Made by a program: the position numbers and the translations under genes
Notes under the pieces: model-generated
Told to the model about the DNA's origin: nothing
The model's input: the letters and a program-made list of their open reading frames with translations, nothing else
The model's database searches: none
Assembly: GCA_050014195.1 (NCBI GenBank)
Contig: JBEKDT010000016.1
Span: 55,023 to 119,022 of the forward strand
DNA length: 64,000 bases
Source: Desulfomonilia bacterium
GTDB lineage: Bacteria; Desulfobacterota; Desulfomonilia; UBA1062
Reading direction: 5' to 3'
Shown here: in pieces, positions 19,803 to 30,213 of the stretch
How the letters are laid out: every line of letters starts with the position of its first letter
Numbering within the stretch: the first letter of the stretch is position 1

Positions 19803-20798
19803 ATGGACACCACTTGTAGCATAATCCTTGCAGCCGGGAAAGGTACCAGATTGAAATCGGACCTTCCCAAGGTCCTTCACGAGATCTTAGGATATCCCCT
19901 TGTTTATTACTCCCTGACCCTGGTGCGCGACATCACCAAAGGCATAATCGCAGTCGTGGGCCACGGACGGAACAAGGTGATTCCCTACCTCGATGCCTTC
20001 CATGTCAACGTCGTGGTCCAGGAACCACAGCTCGGCACGGGCCACGCCATCCTCATGGCAAAAAAGGCGCTGTTGGAAGCACATGCCGGACATGTCCTCA
20101 TCCTGCCCGGGGACATGCCGCTGATTCGCATGGAATCCCTGGCCGGGCTTCTTGATGCCTACCACGCCTCGGGTGTGGACATGGGCATACTCACGGCCCG
20201 CCTGGCAGACCCATGGGGTTATGGGAGGATTGTCAGGGACAAGAAAGGTAATGTTAAAGGCATTGTAGAGCATAACGATGCTACGGAAAGACAAAAGAAG
20301 ATTGATGAGATAAATACCGGTGTCTATGTGATAAATAAAAAATTCCTGCTCTCGTCGGTGGAAAAAATCTCTCCGGACAACAATAAGGGCGAGTTTTATC
20401 TGACGGATGTAGTGGCAATGGCGAAGGAGGTGGTATCCTTCATGGTCACGGACCCTGACGAGGCATACGGAATCAATTCCAGAGGCCAGCTTGCCATTGC
20501 ACAAACAAGGATGCAGCAGCGCATCAACAATGCCCTCATGGAATCGGGGGTGACCCTTGTGGACCCGGCAACTGCGTGGATCAGCCCTGCAGTTAGGATC
20601 GGACATGACGTTGAGATCTGGCCCAATGTCCATGTCATGGGGAAAAGCCGGATCGGATATGGCGTGAAGATCATGCCGAATACGTGGATAAAGGACTCTA
20701 CCGTCGGTAAAAAGACGATCATCGGCATGGGCAGCATGATAGAAGACAGGACAATTGAAGCCGACGGGGTCATCGTTCCCTACTCACGGATGACCTGA
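19803..20798 (+). CDS. glmU: GlmU-like UDP-GlcNAc pyrophosphorylase with shortened left-handed beta-helix
   Basis: LAAGKGTRLKS, QLGTGHA, GYGRIVR, EINTG, EFYLTD, GINSR; ends after a few hexapeptide coils. Confidence 0.8.
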   Translation: MDTTCSIILAAGKGTRLKSDLPKVLHEILGYPLVYYSLTLVRDITKGIIAVVGHGRNKVIPYLDAFHVNVVVQEPQLGTGHAILMAKKALLEAHAGHVLILPGDMPLIRMESLAGLLDAYHASGVDMGILTARLADPWGYGRIVRDKKGNVKGIVEHNDATERQKKIDEINTGVYVINKKFLLSSVEKISPDNNKGEFYLTDVVAMAKEVVSFMVTDPDEAYGINSRGQLAIAQTRMQQRINNALMESGVTLVDPATAWISPAVRIGHDVEIWPNVHVMGKSRIGYGVKIMPNTWIKDSTVGKKTIIGMGSMIEDRTIEADGVIVPYSRMT

Positions 20799-20852
20799 AG
20801 GACTATAAGCCTCAGATTGACTTTCTCTCGCTGCACGCCTACATAATTATAT

Positions 20853-23288
20853 ATGGACTGGCTCAAAAATATCTTCCGAAACACCGACGACGAGTCTGAT
20901 CTTATAGAGATCGAGGAACTTCATGAGATCATGCCGGTGCTGCCGCTCAAGGATGCTATCCTGCTTCCGGGCGCAGTGCTGCCGCTCATTGTGACGAATC
21001 CCACGTCGGCCTCGCTTATCAAGGAGTTTCACAGCAGCGGAAGCTCGATCGTTGCCGTTGGTATGAGGAAACCTTACGAGCCTATTCCGGCGGCATGGGA
21101 AAACCTCTTTCGCATCGGATGCGTTGCCAAAATCACCAAGGTCACCTCAAACAAACCAGGCGAGCTTTCCATCATGATCAGGGGCATCCAGAAGGTGCTG
21201 ATCGAAGAAAAGGTCGTGGATCACCCCTACATGAAGGTCCGCGTCACCTACCTCTCCGAGGATGCCACGCCGGACAAGCAGGTCTATGCACTGGCGCTGT
21301 CCACAAGAGACCTCCTGACCCAGCTTGCACGCCTGTCCTACCAGAACATGGACACCGTGCTTTCAAACCTTGCAAAGATCAAGGACCCCCTCATGCTCCT
21401 CTCCACCGCGGCCACGAACCTGCCCATCCCGGTGGTGAAGAAGCAGCAGATCCTCGAAGAGGATACCTTTGAGAAGAAGTACACGCTCCTGTATGAGAGC
21501 CTCCGTGAGGAGCTCGATATCCTGGAGCTCTCCTCCAAGATCAGCGAGAAGGCCAGGGGCGAGATAAACAACGCCCAGCGGGAGTATTATCTCAGGCAGC
21601 AGCTCAAGGCCATCAAGAAGGAGCTGGGTGAATCCGGCACCGACGCGGATGACGAAATGGATGAATTGCGCAAGGAGATAGAGGCCAAGTGCCTGCCCGA
21701 AGAGGTCAAGACCGAGGTTGACAAGGATCTCAAGCGGATCTCCAGGATGCAGCCCTCATCCTCGGAATATGTTACCATCCGCACATACCTTGATTGGATT
21801 CTCGACCTGCCCTGGAACGAGAAGTCCGTTGACAACATCGAGATCTCGGCTGCGGAGCAGATCCTCGACGAGGATCATTTCGACCTGAAGAAACCCAAGA
21901 AAAGGATCGTGGAGTTCCTCTCGGTCAAGAAGTTGAAACACGACCTGAAGGGGCCGATCCTCTGCTTCGTGGGCCCGCCTGGTGTGGGCAAGACATCGCT
22001 CGGCAAATCCATCGCCCGGGCCATGGGCAGAAAGTTCGTGCGCATCTCACTGGGCGGGGTGCGGGACGAGGCCGAGATCCGGGGCCACCGGAGGACCTAT
22101 ATCGGGGCGTTACCGGGACGCATCATCAACGGCATCAAAACGGCGGGAACTCTAAACCCGGTCTTCATGCTTGACGAGATCGACAAGCTCACTCACGATA
22201 TCCACGGCGACCCGGCGTCCGCTCTCCTGGAGGCGCTTGATCCGGAACAGAACAGCCACTTCACGGACCATTACCTGAACGTCCCCTATGACCTCTCCAA
22301 GGTGTTTTTCATTACTACGGCCAACGTCGTGGACACCATTCCCGCAGCCTTGAAAGACCGCATGGAGATCGTGGAGATCGAGGGCTACACCCACGAGGAC
22401 AAGATCGCAATTGCCAGGAATTACCTCCTCCCCAAGGAGATTGAGGCCAACGGTCTCACCGGCAGGTATATCAATTTCCTGGACGAGGCCATAGGCCACA
22501 TTATCCGCCACTATACCCGGGAGTCAGGCGTGAGGAACCTCCAGCGGGAAATCGCCGCCGTCTTGCGCATGATCGCATCCCAGGTGGCAAGGGGCTGCAG
22601 TGACGATTTCGTCATCGACCACGCCTTCATCGAGAAGGCCCTTGGTCCGGTGCGATATCTGCCCGAAGCAAAACAGAGGACCCGTATACCCGGCATTGCC
22701 ACAGGCCTTGCCTGGACACCCTTCGGCGGCGAGATCCTGTTCGTCGAGTCGGCCCTTGTCGAAGCAAAGGATGAGATGATCCTCACAGGACAGATGGGTG
22801 ATGTCATGAAGGAGTCGGCCAGGCTTGCCTTAAGCATCATCAAGGGTATGGGGTGTACGATCGGGAAGGACCATTGCATCCACATACACGTACCCGCAGG
22901 GGCCATCCCCAAGGATGGGCCGTCGGCAGGGGTCACCATCGTCACCTCGATCATCTCTCTCCTCACAAACAAGGTGGTAAGGGACGACCTCGCCATGACA
23001 GGGGAGATCACGCTGAGGGGAGTGGTCCTGCCTGTAGGCGGTATCAAGGAGAAGGTGCTCGCGGCACGAAGGGCCGGCTGCACAACCATTATCCTGCCCA
23101 AGATGAATGAGAAAGACCTTAAGGACATTGAGCCTTATGTAACCGATGACCTTACCATCCATTTCGTGGAAAACATCGAAGATGTACTCGCACTGGCATT
23201 TCCGGAAGACCCCGAAGGTATCTTTGCAGCCTTTTCACACCCTAGCGCCGAAGAGGCCGTATCCGACGCGCAAAGGCCTAGAGTCTAG
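20853..23288 (+). CDS. lon: Lon ATP-dependent protease
   Basis: GPPGVGKTS, GHRRTYIGALPG, LDEIDK, PKDGPSAG, GGIKEK. Confidence 0.97.
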   Translation: MDWLKNIFRNTDDESDLIEIEELHEIMPVLPLKDAILLPGAVLPLIVTNPTSASLIKEFHSSGSSIVAVGMRKPYEPIPAAWENLFRIGCVAKITKVTSNKPGELSIMIRGIQKVLIEEKVVDHPYMKVRVTYLSEDATPDKQVYALALSTRDLLTQLARLSYQNMDTVLSNLAKIKDPLMLLSTAATNLPIPVVKKQQILEEDTFEKKYTLLYESLREELDILELSSKISEKARGEINNAQREYYLRQQLKAIKKELGESGTDADDEMDELRKEIEAKCLPEEVKTEVDKDLKRISRMQPSSSEYVTIRTYLDWILDLPWNEKSVDNIEISAAEQILDEDHFDLKKPKKRIVEFLSVKKLKHDLKGPILCFVGPPGVGKTSLGKSIARAMGRKFVRISLGGVRDEAEIRGHRRTYIGALPGRIINGIKTAGTLNPVFMLDEIDKLTHDIHGDPASALLEALDPEQNSHFTDHYLNVPYDLSKVFFITTANVVDTIPAALKDRMEIVEIEGYTHEDKIAIARNYLLPKEIEANGLTGRYINFLDEAIGHIIRHYTRESGVRNLQREIAAVLRMIASQVARGCSDDFVIDHAFIEKALGPVRYLPEAKQRTRIPGIATGLAWTPFGGEILFVESALVEAKDEMILTGQMGDVMKESARLALSIIKGMGCTIGKDHCIHIHVPAGAIPKDGPSAGVTIVTSIISLLTNKVVRDDLAMTGEITLRGVVLPVGGIKEKVLAARRAGCTTIILPKMNEKDLKDIEPYVTDDLTIHFVENIEDVLALAFPEDPEGIFAAFSHPSAEEAVSDAQRPRV

Positions 23289-24552
23289 CAAACGCATTTG
23301 CTGCGGCCTTTGATGCCTGCTCCATGATATCGGGCGTGTGGGCTGTGCTGATGAATAGGGCCTCATAGGCCGATGGTGCCAGGTACACACCCTCATCGAG
23401 CATGGCGTGGAAGAACTTCGCATACCTCGCTGCATCCGATGCCATCACATCTTCAAAGGTCTCCACCGGCCCTTCATGGAAAAACATCCCTGCCATTGGG
23501 CCTACCCTATTGATCCTCAGCGGTATGCCTTTCTTATACGCCTGGTCCTCAAGCACTGAGGTGAATGCAGCCAGGGCCCGTCCTAGTCCCTCATAGGGGT
23601 TCAGGTCTTTGAGTGTCTTAAGTGTCGCTATGCCGGCGGCCATGGCCAGGGGGTTACCGGACAGCGTGCCCGCCTGGTAGACCGGACCGGTCGGAGAGAG
23701 CAGGTCCATGATATCCCCCCGGCCTCCGAAGGCTGCAGCCGGCATGCCGCCGCCCAATATCTTACCCAAACAGGTGAGGTCCGGTGTTATGCCGGCAAGG
23801 TCCTGGTAACCGCCGAAACAGAACCTGAAGCCCGTGATCACCTCATCGAAGATGAGTAACGCCCCACAGGCCTTTGTCTGACCACGGATCGTTTCCAGGA
23901 AACGCTGCCTGGGCAGTACCACCCCCATGTTCCCTGCCACGGGCTCCACGATGACTGCAGCCACCTCGGCCCCTCGCTTGTTCATGAAGTCTTCGAAGTG
24001 CACCGTATCATTGTAGGGCAGCACGGCAGTCGTTGAGGCGAGCCCCTCCGGTACGCCCGAGGAATCGGGGACACCCAGGGTCAACAAGCCGGAGCCCGCC
24101 TTGACCAGGAGGCTGTCCACATGGCCGTGATAGCACCCCTCAAACTTGACGATGAGCTGTCTATTGGTAGCTGCCCGTGCCAGCCTGATGGCGCTCATGG
24201 TCGCCTCGGTGCCCGAGCTGACGAATCGGACCTTCTCGATGCTGGAAAAGGCAGCGCATACAAGTTCGGCCAACCTGGTTTCCAACTCGGTCGGTGCCCC
24301 ATAACTCATGCCCAGGCCGGCCTGCTGTCTGACGGCATCCACCACTGCCTTATGACAGTGGCCGAGGATGAGCGGCCCCCAGGAGAGCACGAAATCAATA
24401 TACCGCTTTCCCTCGGCATCCGTAAGGAAGGCACCTGCACCCCGGACTATGAACCGGGGAACGCCGCCCACCTTCCGGAATGCCCGGACCGGCGAATTCA
24501 CACCACCCGGAATGACCTTCTGCGCCGCCTCGAACAGGTCCTTATTCGTCAC
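23278..24552 (-). CDS. hemL: Glutamate-1-semialdehyde 2,1-aminomutase
   Basis: IPGGVNSPVRAF, SGTEATM, DEVITGFR, GKILGGG, YQAGTLSGNP. Confidence 0.97.
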   Translation of the reverse strand: MTNKDLFEAAQKVIPGGVNSPVRAFRKVGGVPRFIVRGAGAFLTDAEGKRYIDFVLSWGPLILGHCHKAVVDAVRQQAGLGMSYGAPTELETRLAELVCAAFSSIEKVRFVSSGTEATMSAIRLARAATNRQLIVKFEGCYHGHVDSLLVKAGSGLLTLGVPDSSGVPEGLASTTAVLPYNDTVHFEDFMNKRGAEVAAVIVEPVAGNMGVVLPRQRFLETIRGQTKACGALLIFDEVITGFRFCFGGYQDLAGITPDLTCLGKILGGGMPAAAFGGRGDIMDLLSPTGPVYQAGTLSGNPLAMAAGIATLKTLKDLNPYEGLGRALAAFTSVLEDQAYKKGIPLRINRVGPMAGMFFHEGPVETFEDVMASDAARYAKFFHAMLDEGVYLAPSAYEALFISTAHTPDIMEQASKAAANAFARL

Positions 24553-25027
24553 AAGAATCCTCCTGGAAAGAATATCTCATGGATGTCTTCTTCAGTTCCC
24601 GTATGCTCCAGAATATTTGATAATCCCTTATGCCGGTCAACGATGAGATGCCTTCAACCGTTTCTAAAAGTTCTTCCCTCGTCCGCGCATGGATCATGGA
24701 AAAGACCGTATAGGGGGCAAAACCCTCACGCTCATAGCAGTGGCTCACAGAAGCAGAAGATGCGATTTGTGCTCCAAGCCCGTCCACTTGAGCCGGCGGC
24801 ACGGCCCAGACCACCATGGCATTGGCCCTGAACCCGGCCTTTCTATGCCTAAGCACGGCCTTAACCTCTCTGATTACCCCTTTTTCTTTCAGCGTTTGGA
24901 GCCGTGACATGACCTCTTGAACGGAAATGCCGATCTTGTCTGCCCACCTATCAAAGGGCCGTTCGCACACATCCAGGTCCCCTTGGGCACAAGCGAGGAC
25001 CTTCTTGTCGATATCATCGAGTTTCAT
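24542..25027 (-). CDS. ahbB: Siroheme decarboxylase subunit (AhbB/NirH-like, Lrp/AsnC fold)
   Basis: RPF..WA, RHRKAGFRANAMVVW, VSHCYER, ELKKTSM; adjacent to hemL. Confidence 0.8.
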   Translation of the reverse strand: MKLDDIDKKVLACAQGDLDVCERPFDRWADKIGISVQEVMSRLQTLKEKGVIREVKAVLRHRKAGFRANAMVVWAVPPAQVDGLGAQIASSASVSHCYEREGFAPYTVFSMIHARTREELLETVEGISSLTGIRDYQIFWSIRELKKTSMRYSFQEDSCDE

Positions 25028-25140
25028 GGATGTGATCTCAACACAGCTTAGTGGACTAATCAACCATGAAAGTGCAAAAGCGACCGGCAGTAAAGCTGAG
25101 TTATTGTCAGGCAATGAAGCGGCAGGGCTTATAAGACAAA

Positions 25141-25179
25141 GGAAAACGGGGCACACAATCAATGCACGCCCCGTTTTCC
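25141..25179. terminator. Probable intrinsic terminator
   Basis: 12-bp stem GGAAAACGGGGC/GCCCCGTTTTCC just downstream of the 25188 stop. Confidence 0.7.
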
Positions 25180-25187
25180 CATTCGGT

Positions 25188-27107
25188 TTAGCCGGTGAGT
25201 TTCACCATAATATATCCCGAGGTCAAGGTTGCGGTGGTGTTATTAAACGTACCCCAGGCATAGATGTGTTTTATCTTTGAACCTGCGGTAATCTTGCTCC
25301 GGAGGTCGGTCTCAAAGCTTGAAAATGTGGAGTAAACCTGGGAGGCGCCCCCTTGGTCGATGCGGAACCTGGCTGAGCCGTCAGTCGAGGGTACGATCTC
25401 AGGGGTAGTAACAGGCAGTAATTCGAGATCGGTGAGCACCCCCATCCTGTTGATGCGATGGAAGAAACCGGTATTCGTAAGATTAAGCGTGAGGCCTGCG
25501 CCCTTGATATCGCTGAAAGCGTCCTTTTTTCCGGCGCCCCAGCCGACATTCATCATTCCTTGTACATCAGAAACATCAACGATTGTCTGGGCCTCGAAGT
25601 CGGGTACTGTCGGAGGATTTGCAGTTTCGAATGCACTCACAAACCCCAGCACCTTTACCGGTGTTCCTGCTATAAATAGCGAAAGATCGAGTGGGCTTGC
25701 ACCTATGATATAATTAGTCGGATCGGCATCATGAGCCGTATCGATGCCGGTACCGGTAAAATCAAACAATTCGATGTCCTTGTTATTCTTTATATTCCGC
25801 CAGTCGATGGACTGGAGATTCACGGCCAGTTCCTCATTGCTGAGAGGCTCTGTCGCTACGGTCCCGATAAGCACGGTCAGGAGCATGCGCGCAAAACCGC
25901 TGGTTGCGTCAAGTTGGAGATTACTAGATCCGGGATTTGTGAGAGTCCCGAAGACCATGACACGCTGCCCCACAGAGATGTCATCTTTCGTGTAGCTGTC
26001 CTTTGAATACTGCCTGCTCACCTTGGTGCCGCTCCCGAGGGTTACCTGCACCTTGTCTTTATAAACTATGCTCCCGCCTGCCCTGATCATGGTCGCGCCC
26101 TTAAGGGTCAGCACATCACCTAAGCGGCTGAGCACGGTGCCTCCGGCAACATCGAGGGCCCCTCCGGGAACGCTCGATCCCGCCAGGACTTCCGTGGCTA
26201 CAAAGTGCAGTGGGTTTGCGACGAACTGGCCATGGCTGATGAGAGCCGTGTAGGCAGGCAAACCACTTAAAACCGTGAGACCCGACGAACCCTGGTAGCT
26301 GATGCTGTTGATGTTATAGACAGTGCTGTCATCTACGGTAACCTTCACAACCCCAAAGCTTGTTTCATGTACCGCAAGGTCTTGGACGAAAGGACGAAGG
26401 ATGATATTGAATGTGTTGTCGGCCACATCTACATCCTTAAGCGGACCCCTCAGGCGCTGGATCTTGTCCTGATCGGGCTGCAGGTCGGCCTTGAGAATAG
26501 GAGTCACCGTCATGGAGGCCGAGTTGCCGTCCGCTGCCAATGTCACGGTGTTCGTGGCGGCAAGGTCGAAGTCAAGAGAGAGATGGGCAAGCACACCCGG
26601 AGCAATCGTGAGAGAAGACACGTCGAGATCCATGGTAACTTGGACCGGCTGGGTGATGGGTGTGGCGTTTCCTTCATCGTCAAGGATGTCTATGCTTGTT
26701 ACCGGCACCGCCGCACCTGCGGAATTCTCCACCATAATGTCGGCATCGGAGTAATCCAGGGTGAGGACGGCCTTGGTATAGGCCCCCAATGGTACGGTGC
26801 ATGCCGTCAGGAATTCCGTCATATCGGTCAGCTGGGCGAAGTCTACCGATGTTTTCAACGGGAGGGTCTCAACTACCGCCCCATTGGCCTTGGTCAGGGT
26901 AAGGGAGGTCACGTCCACCTGATAGTGCACAAAGTCTCCGGGCGCATCGGTGAGTCCGATCAAGGCCTGGCCTGATGTGGAACTGATCCCGGTTGATGAA
27001 GAGCTGCTCCCGCCTGTGCTGCTGCCGCACCCTTGCAGGATAAAGAATAAGGACAAGAACAGGATAAAACTGATTCCCTTCCGTGGGCAAGAAAATATTC
27101 CCTTCAT
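25188..27107 (-). CDS. Large lipoprotein with DUF4382-like N-terminal domain
   Basis: Lipobox LQGC, Ser/Gly linker, LTDAPGD motif, LDFDLAAT; beta-rich. Confidence 0.7.
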   Translation of the reverse strand: MKGIFSCPRKGISFILFLSLFFILQGCGSSTGGSSSSSTGISSTSGQALIGLTDAPGDFVHYQVDVTSLTLTKANGAVVETLPLKTSVDFAQLTDMTEFLTACTVPLGAYTKAVLTLDYSDADIMVENSAGAAVPVTSIDILDDEGNATPITQPVQVTMDLDVSSLTIAPGVLAHLSLDFDLAATNTVTLAADGNSASMTVTPILKADLQPDQDKIQRLRGPLKDVDVADNTFNIILRPFVQDLAVHETSFGVVKVTVDDSTVYNINSISYQGSSGLTVLSGLPAYTALISHGQFVANPLHFVATEVLAGSSVPGGALDVAGGTVLSRLGDVLTLKGATMIRAGGSIVYKDKVQVTLGSGTKVSRQYSKDSYTKDDISVGQRVMVFGTLTNPGSSNLQLDATSGFARMLLTVLIGTVATEPLSNEELAVNLQSIDWRNIKNNKDIELFDFTGTGIDTAHDADPTNYIIGASPLDLSLFIAGTPVKVLGFVSAFETANPPTVPDFEAQTIVDVSDVQGMMNVGWGAGKKDAFSDIKGAGLTLNLTNTGFFHRINRMGVLTDLELLPVTTPEIVPSTDGSARFRIDQGGASQVYSTFSSFETDLRSKITAGSKIKHIYAWGTFNNTTATLTSGYIMVKLTG

Positions 27108-27228
27108 GCTGATACCTCCTCATGGGTATAGCTATCTTTTCTTTTATGTATTCCAACTCATGATTTTCGAATGTATTATGATGCTGCGCAAGTTATCTTT
27201 TGGTAATCTTTTTAATGCTGCATAAGTA

Positions 27229-27696
27229 TTACTGTTCCTCTTTACCCCTGAACCCCTGGCCTTCATGCCCAAACCTTTTTTTCCGCATCTCATCCGCCAT
27301 TGCACTCAGCCGCTGGAAACGGTCCTGACCAAGGATCTTTCTTACGCCAAGGATATACTTGAAGCGCTCTGCAGCAAGTTTCTGCCTCTTCTCCTCCACC
27401 CGTTTGTACTGGGCTGCCGCGGATGCATCATTTACGGGCTCTTTATTCAGGATGTCCTCCAGCTTGAGCCGCTCTTTATCAAGATCGCTTTTCATGTCGA
27501 TGAACTTGTCCCGGTTCTTGATGAACATATCATCAAGGGCCTGCTTTTCTTTATCCGTCAGGTTGAGTTCTTTGGCCACCCCGGGCCGTTGCCACCACCT
27601 CCCGTTCCCCATGTCCTGTGCATAAACATCCCCGGAGGTGATGATCATTGCGGCAAGCACCACAACAGCCACGACAAAGTACTTATTCATATCCAT
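27229..27696 (-). CDS. Spy/CpxP-like periplasmic protein
   Basis: Signal peptide, WWQRP..ELNLTDKEKQ; third gene of the ECF operon. Confidence 0.8.
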   Translation of the reverse strand: MDMNKYFVVAVVVLAAMIITSGDVYAQDMGNGRWWQRPGVAKELNLTDKEKQALDDMFIKNRDKFIDMKSDLDKERLKLEDILNKEPVNDASAAAQYKRVEEKRQKLAAERFKYILGVRKILGQDRFQRLSAMADEMRKKRFGHEGQGFRGKEEQ

Positions 27697-27701
27697 TCTC
27701 C

Positions 27702-28232
27702 TTATATATCCATTACATCCGGCATCGTTTCCATCGGGTCCATATAATCAAAGGCATCATCATCCATGGTAGAATCGCTCGAAGGCAGGATCTCGACATA
27801 GGCCGAAGCAAAAGGATTTTCTTCAAGCTGCCGGACATCGGCAGTGAACCTCTCATCCTGCGCCATCTCCCGAGCGAGATCGGCCCTGGTCCCGTGCGGT
27901 ATTGTCCGGGTGAAAAACTGGGGCAGAACCAGGGCCAATACCAGCGCCAAGGATGCCAAGACTGCAACGGCCCCCGTGGGCCATCTGATGAGCCATGTTG
28001 ATGGTTTTACCGGCTCCAAGGCTGGAAGCCTGACCTTCATCCGGGAGACCGGAGTGAACCGTAAAGCCTGTTCCGAGATCGAATCGAGCCGGCCGGCTAA
28101 AAGCCTTCTGGCTTCGCAGCATTCAGGGCAGTGTTCCAGATGATCCCGTTCATGCATGGTAAGGTCTTGCTCGTCTATCAGAGACATGGTTATACGCTGC
28201 GGGTCCAGATGCACATTTTTATCGTGCCTCAT
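27702..28232 (-). CDS. Putative zinc-binding (ZAS) anti-sigma factor with TM helix
   Basis: HLEHCPEC (HxxxCxxC), single TM segment; 4-bp overlap with the sigma gene. Confidence 0.82.
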   Translation of the reverse strand: MRHDKNVHLDPQRITMSLIDEQDLTMHERDHLEHCPECCEARRLLAGRLDSISEQALRFTPVSRMKVRLPALEPVKPSTWLIRWPTGAVAVLASLALVLALVLPQFFTRTIPHGTRADLAREMAQDERFTADVRQLEENPFASAYVEILPSSDSTMDDDAFDYMDPMETMPDVMDI

Positions 28233-28855
28233 TTCTCTACCTCCCCGGACATTCCTTCGTCCGGATATTCTTTTCTAAACTTCTCAATGGCCCGGTACAG
28301 ATGTGTTTTTACCGCGCTCTCGCTCCTGCCAAGCGTTATTGCAATCTCCTGGATGCTCAAGCTTTCGAGAAAGCGCAATCTGAATACCTCCTGCTGGAGT
28401 CCCGGCAGACACGTAAGAAATTTGTTGAAACGGTCCCAGAATCGCTTTCCGGCCAGTTGGTCGTAACCGTCCGGGCTTGGGTCCGGATGCTCCTGATCTA
28501 TATCCTTTTCTCCAAAACTGAACAGGGAGGCAAATTTCTGCCTCCTTCGAAAATCTTTGACCTTATTGACGGCGATGCGATAGAGCCAGGCCCTAAAGAG
28601 CTCAGGGCTCCTGAGCGTGTTCATGCTGCCGTATGCCTTCAGGAACACGTCCTGAACCAGGTCTTCTGCATCCGCTCTTGACTGAAGACGTGCATACACC
28701 ATGCGAAAAATTCCCCCTTGATGGATCTCGATCAGCTCCTCAAATGAGCGCCTGTCACCGTCAATGGCAGCCCTGACGAGGATCTCGATATCCGTGTTGA
28801 TCTTGTTATCCTTGTGCCTTCCATCTTCCTGCATCGACCTGCATTCTACCAGCAC
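28229..28855 (-). CDS. ECF (group 4) sigma-70 factor
   Basis: DAEDLVQDVF, FRAWLYRIAVN, LSIQEIA..LG..ESAVKTHLYRA; alternative start ATG 28834. Confidence 0.93.
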   Translation of the reverse strand: MLVECRSMQEDGRHKDNKINTDIEILVRAAIDGDRRSFEELIEIHQGGIFRMVYARLQSRADAEDLVQDVFLKAYGSMNTLRSPELFRAWLYRIAVNKVKDFRRRQKFASLFSFGEKDIDQEHPDPSPDGYDQLAGKRFWDRFNKFLTCLPGLQQEVFRLRFLESLSIQEIAITLGRSESAVKTHLYRAIEKFRKEYPDEGMSGEVEK

Positions 28856-28898
28856 TTAAATATCCGCGTCTGCCTTTTTCTTACCTGTTGCCATGTAA

Positions 28899-28926
28899 GA
28901 CGTATGAGGAAAAGGATTTGTCTACA
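28899..28926 (-). promoter_or_regulatory. Putative autoregulatory ECF promoter TGTAGAC-N17-CGTC (copy 4)
   Basis: Motif match directly upstream of the ECF sigma gene. Confidence 0.8.
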
Positions 28927-28992
28927 TTGATTTGATGGGTTACACGAACTTTTCACCATCATCCATGACTGTGTGATCAGTAATCACTGACC

Positions 28993-29484
28993 TTATTCGA
29001 CTCGCCCCGGCACATTGAATATCATTGGTGTGTGTCCAGTAAGGATGAGGAACCGCTCGATATCATCCCGTGAGATCACGAGAGTGCTCGTGTTTACCAG
29101 GGGATGACACTGGATGGCCTTACTCTGCCAGAGATCCTTATCCACAATGACCTCCACCCTGCCTTTTGTGTCGTTCACTGCGGCAAGGATTGTCACAGAC
29201 CCCGGTGTGAGGCCGAGGTATTCCATGAGACGCTCAGACGAAGCAAAGCTCAGACCCTTGACCTCAAGCGCATCCTCAAGACCCTTGATATCCACCGTCT
29301 TCTCGTCGCGTACACTCACCAGGAAATGCCGGCGGGCCTTGCGGTCGCGCAGGAACAGATTCTTGGTCTTGGAGGCATTGGTCTTTAAGTCAAGACTGTC
29401 CGCCTGTTCACAGGTATATACGGCCTCATGGTCATAGCGCTCATAGGGTATATCGTTCATGTGGAGAAATTCATAGATGTCCAT
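28993..29484 (-). CDS. ProX/PrdX-like aminoacyl-tRNA deacylase (YbaK superfamily)
   Basis: TKNLFLRD, LSFAS, LGLTPGSVT, HPLVNT. Confidence 0.9.
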   Translation of the reverse strand: MDIYEFLHMNDIPYERYDHEAVYTCEQADSLDLKTNASKTKNLFLRDRKARRHFLVSVRDEKTVDIKGLEDALEVKGLSFASSERLMEYLGLTPGSVTILAAVNDTKGRVEVIVDKDLWQSKAIQCHPLVNTSTLVISRDDIERFLILTGHTPMIFNVPGRVE

Positions 29485-29505
29485 AGCTCTCCTCTCCGGT
29501 CATTA

Positions 29506-30180
29506 TTAGGTAAAACCGCACCAGGTGGTTATGGTGTTCATATCCTCTCGCGGACTTACTACCCTGTTCGCCGGGAAATCCAAATCCGGGTAGCCGATGG
29601 CTATGGAGATGATGATACGCTTTGTTTCCGGAATTTTTACCACGGATCTTATGTTTTCCGGATACATAACGCCCTGGTCTTCAATGCAGGTACCAAGGCC
29701 ATGATCGAGGGCTGCCAGGCATATGGTCTGCATGAGGGCACCTATATCCATGAGGGGGCCTGCTTCGGTCAAGGCATTATCGGTCAGGATGATTACCGCA
29801 CTAGGCGCGTCGAAGAATCGGAATCCACGCTCCATCCAGGCTGCACGCTTGTCCTTGTCCTCCCTGGGGATGCCCATGAGGCGGAAGATGCGCATGGCCA
29901 CCTCCACCTGCCGTTTGCGATAGACGCTTTGATTCGGCCAGCCCGTAATGATGTGTTCGGGGTGTATCATGGCCCCGGAGCGGAGACTGCAGACGTTCTC
30001 ATGGGCGATCTTTTTCAGAACATCGCCGTCGATCACGAGGAACTCCCAGGGCTGGGTGTTCATGGTGGACGGGGCCCTGCACGCAAGCTCCAGGATCTCT
30101 TCAAGGATCGCCCTGGGCACTTTGTCCGGCTTGAAGCCCCTTATGCTCTTCCTGCTCCGTATGGCTGTCTCGATGTCCAT
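29506..30180 (-). CDS. Nitroreductase family protein
   Basis: RKSIRGF, APSTMNTQPW, GLGTC, IAIGY. Confidence 0.9.
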   Translation of the reverse strand: MDIETAIRSRKSIRGFKPDKVPRAILEEILELACRAPSTMNTQPWEFLVIDGDVLKKIAHENVCSLRSGAMIHPEHIITGWPNQSVYRKRQVEVAMRIFRLMGIPREDKDKRAAWMERGFRFFDAPSAVIILTDNALTEAGPLMDIGALMQTICLAALDHGLGTCIEDQGVMYPENIRSVVKIPETKRIIISIAIGYPDLDFPANRVVSPREDMNTITTWCGFT

Positions 30181-30213
30181 ATCGCCCCCTTCATATACTG
30201 AAATCCTCTATAC

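Noticed and set aside
28856-28894. 12-codon leaderless uORF before the ECF sigma (and a 33-codon one at ~12657-12758)
   Set aside because: The ATGs lie only 3-4 nt after CGTC, probably upstream of the TSS; there is no other support.
29428-30201. Long antisense ORFs (also 19887..20633, 37754..38506, 43947..44687 and others)
   Set aside because: Shadow frames of well-supported genes on the opposite strand.
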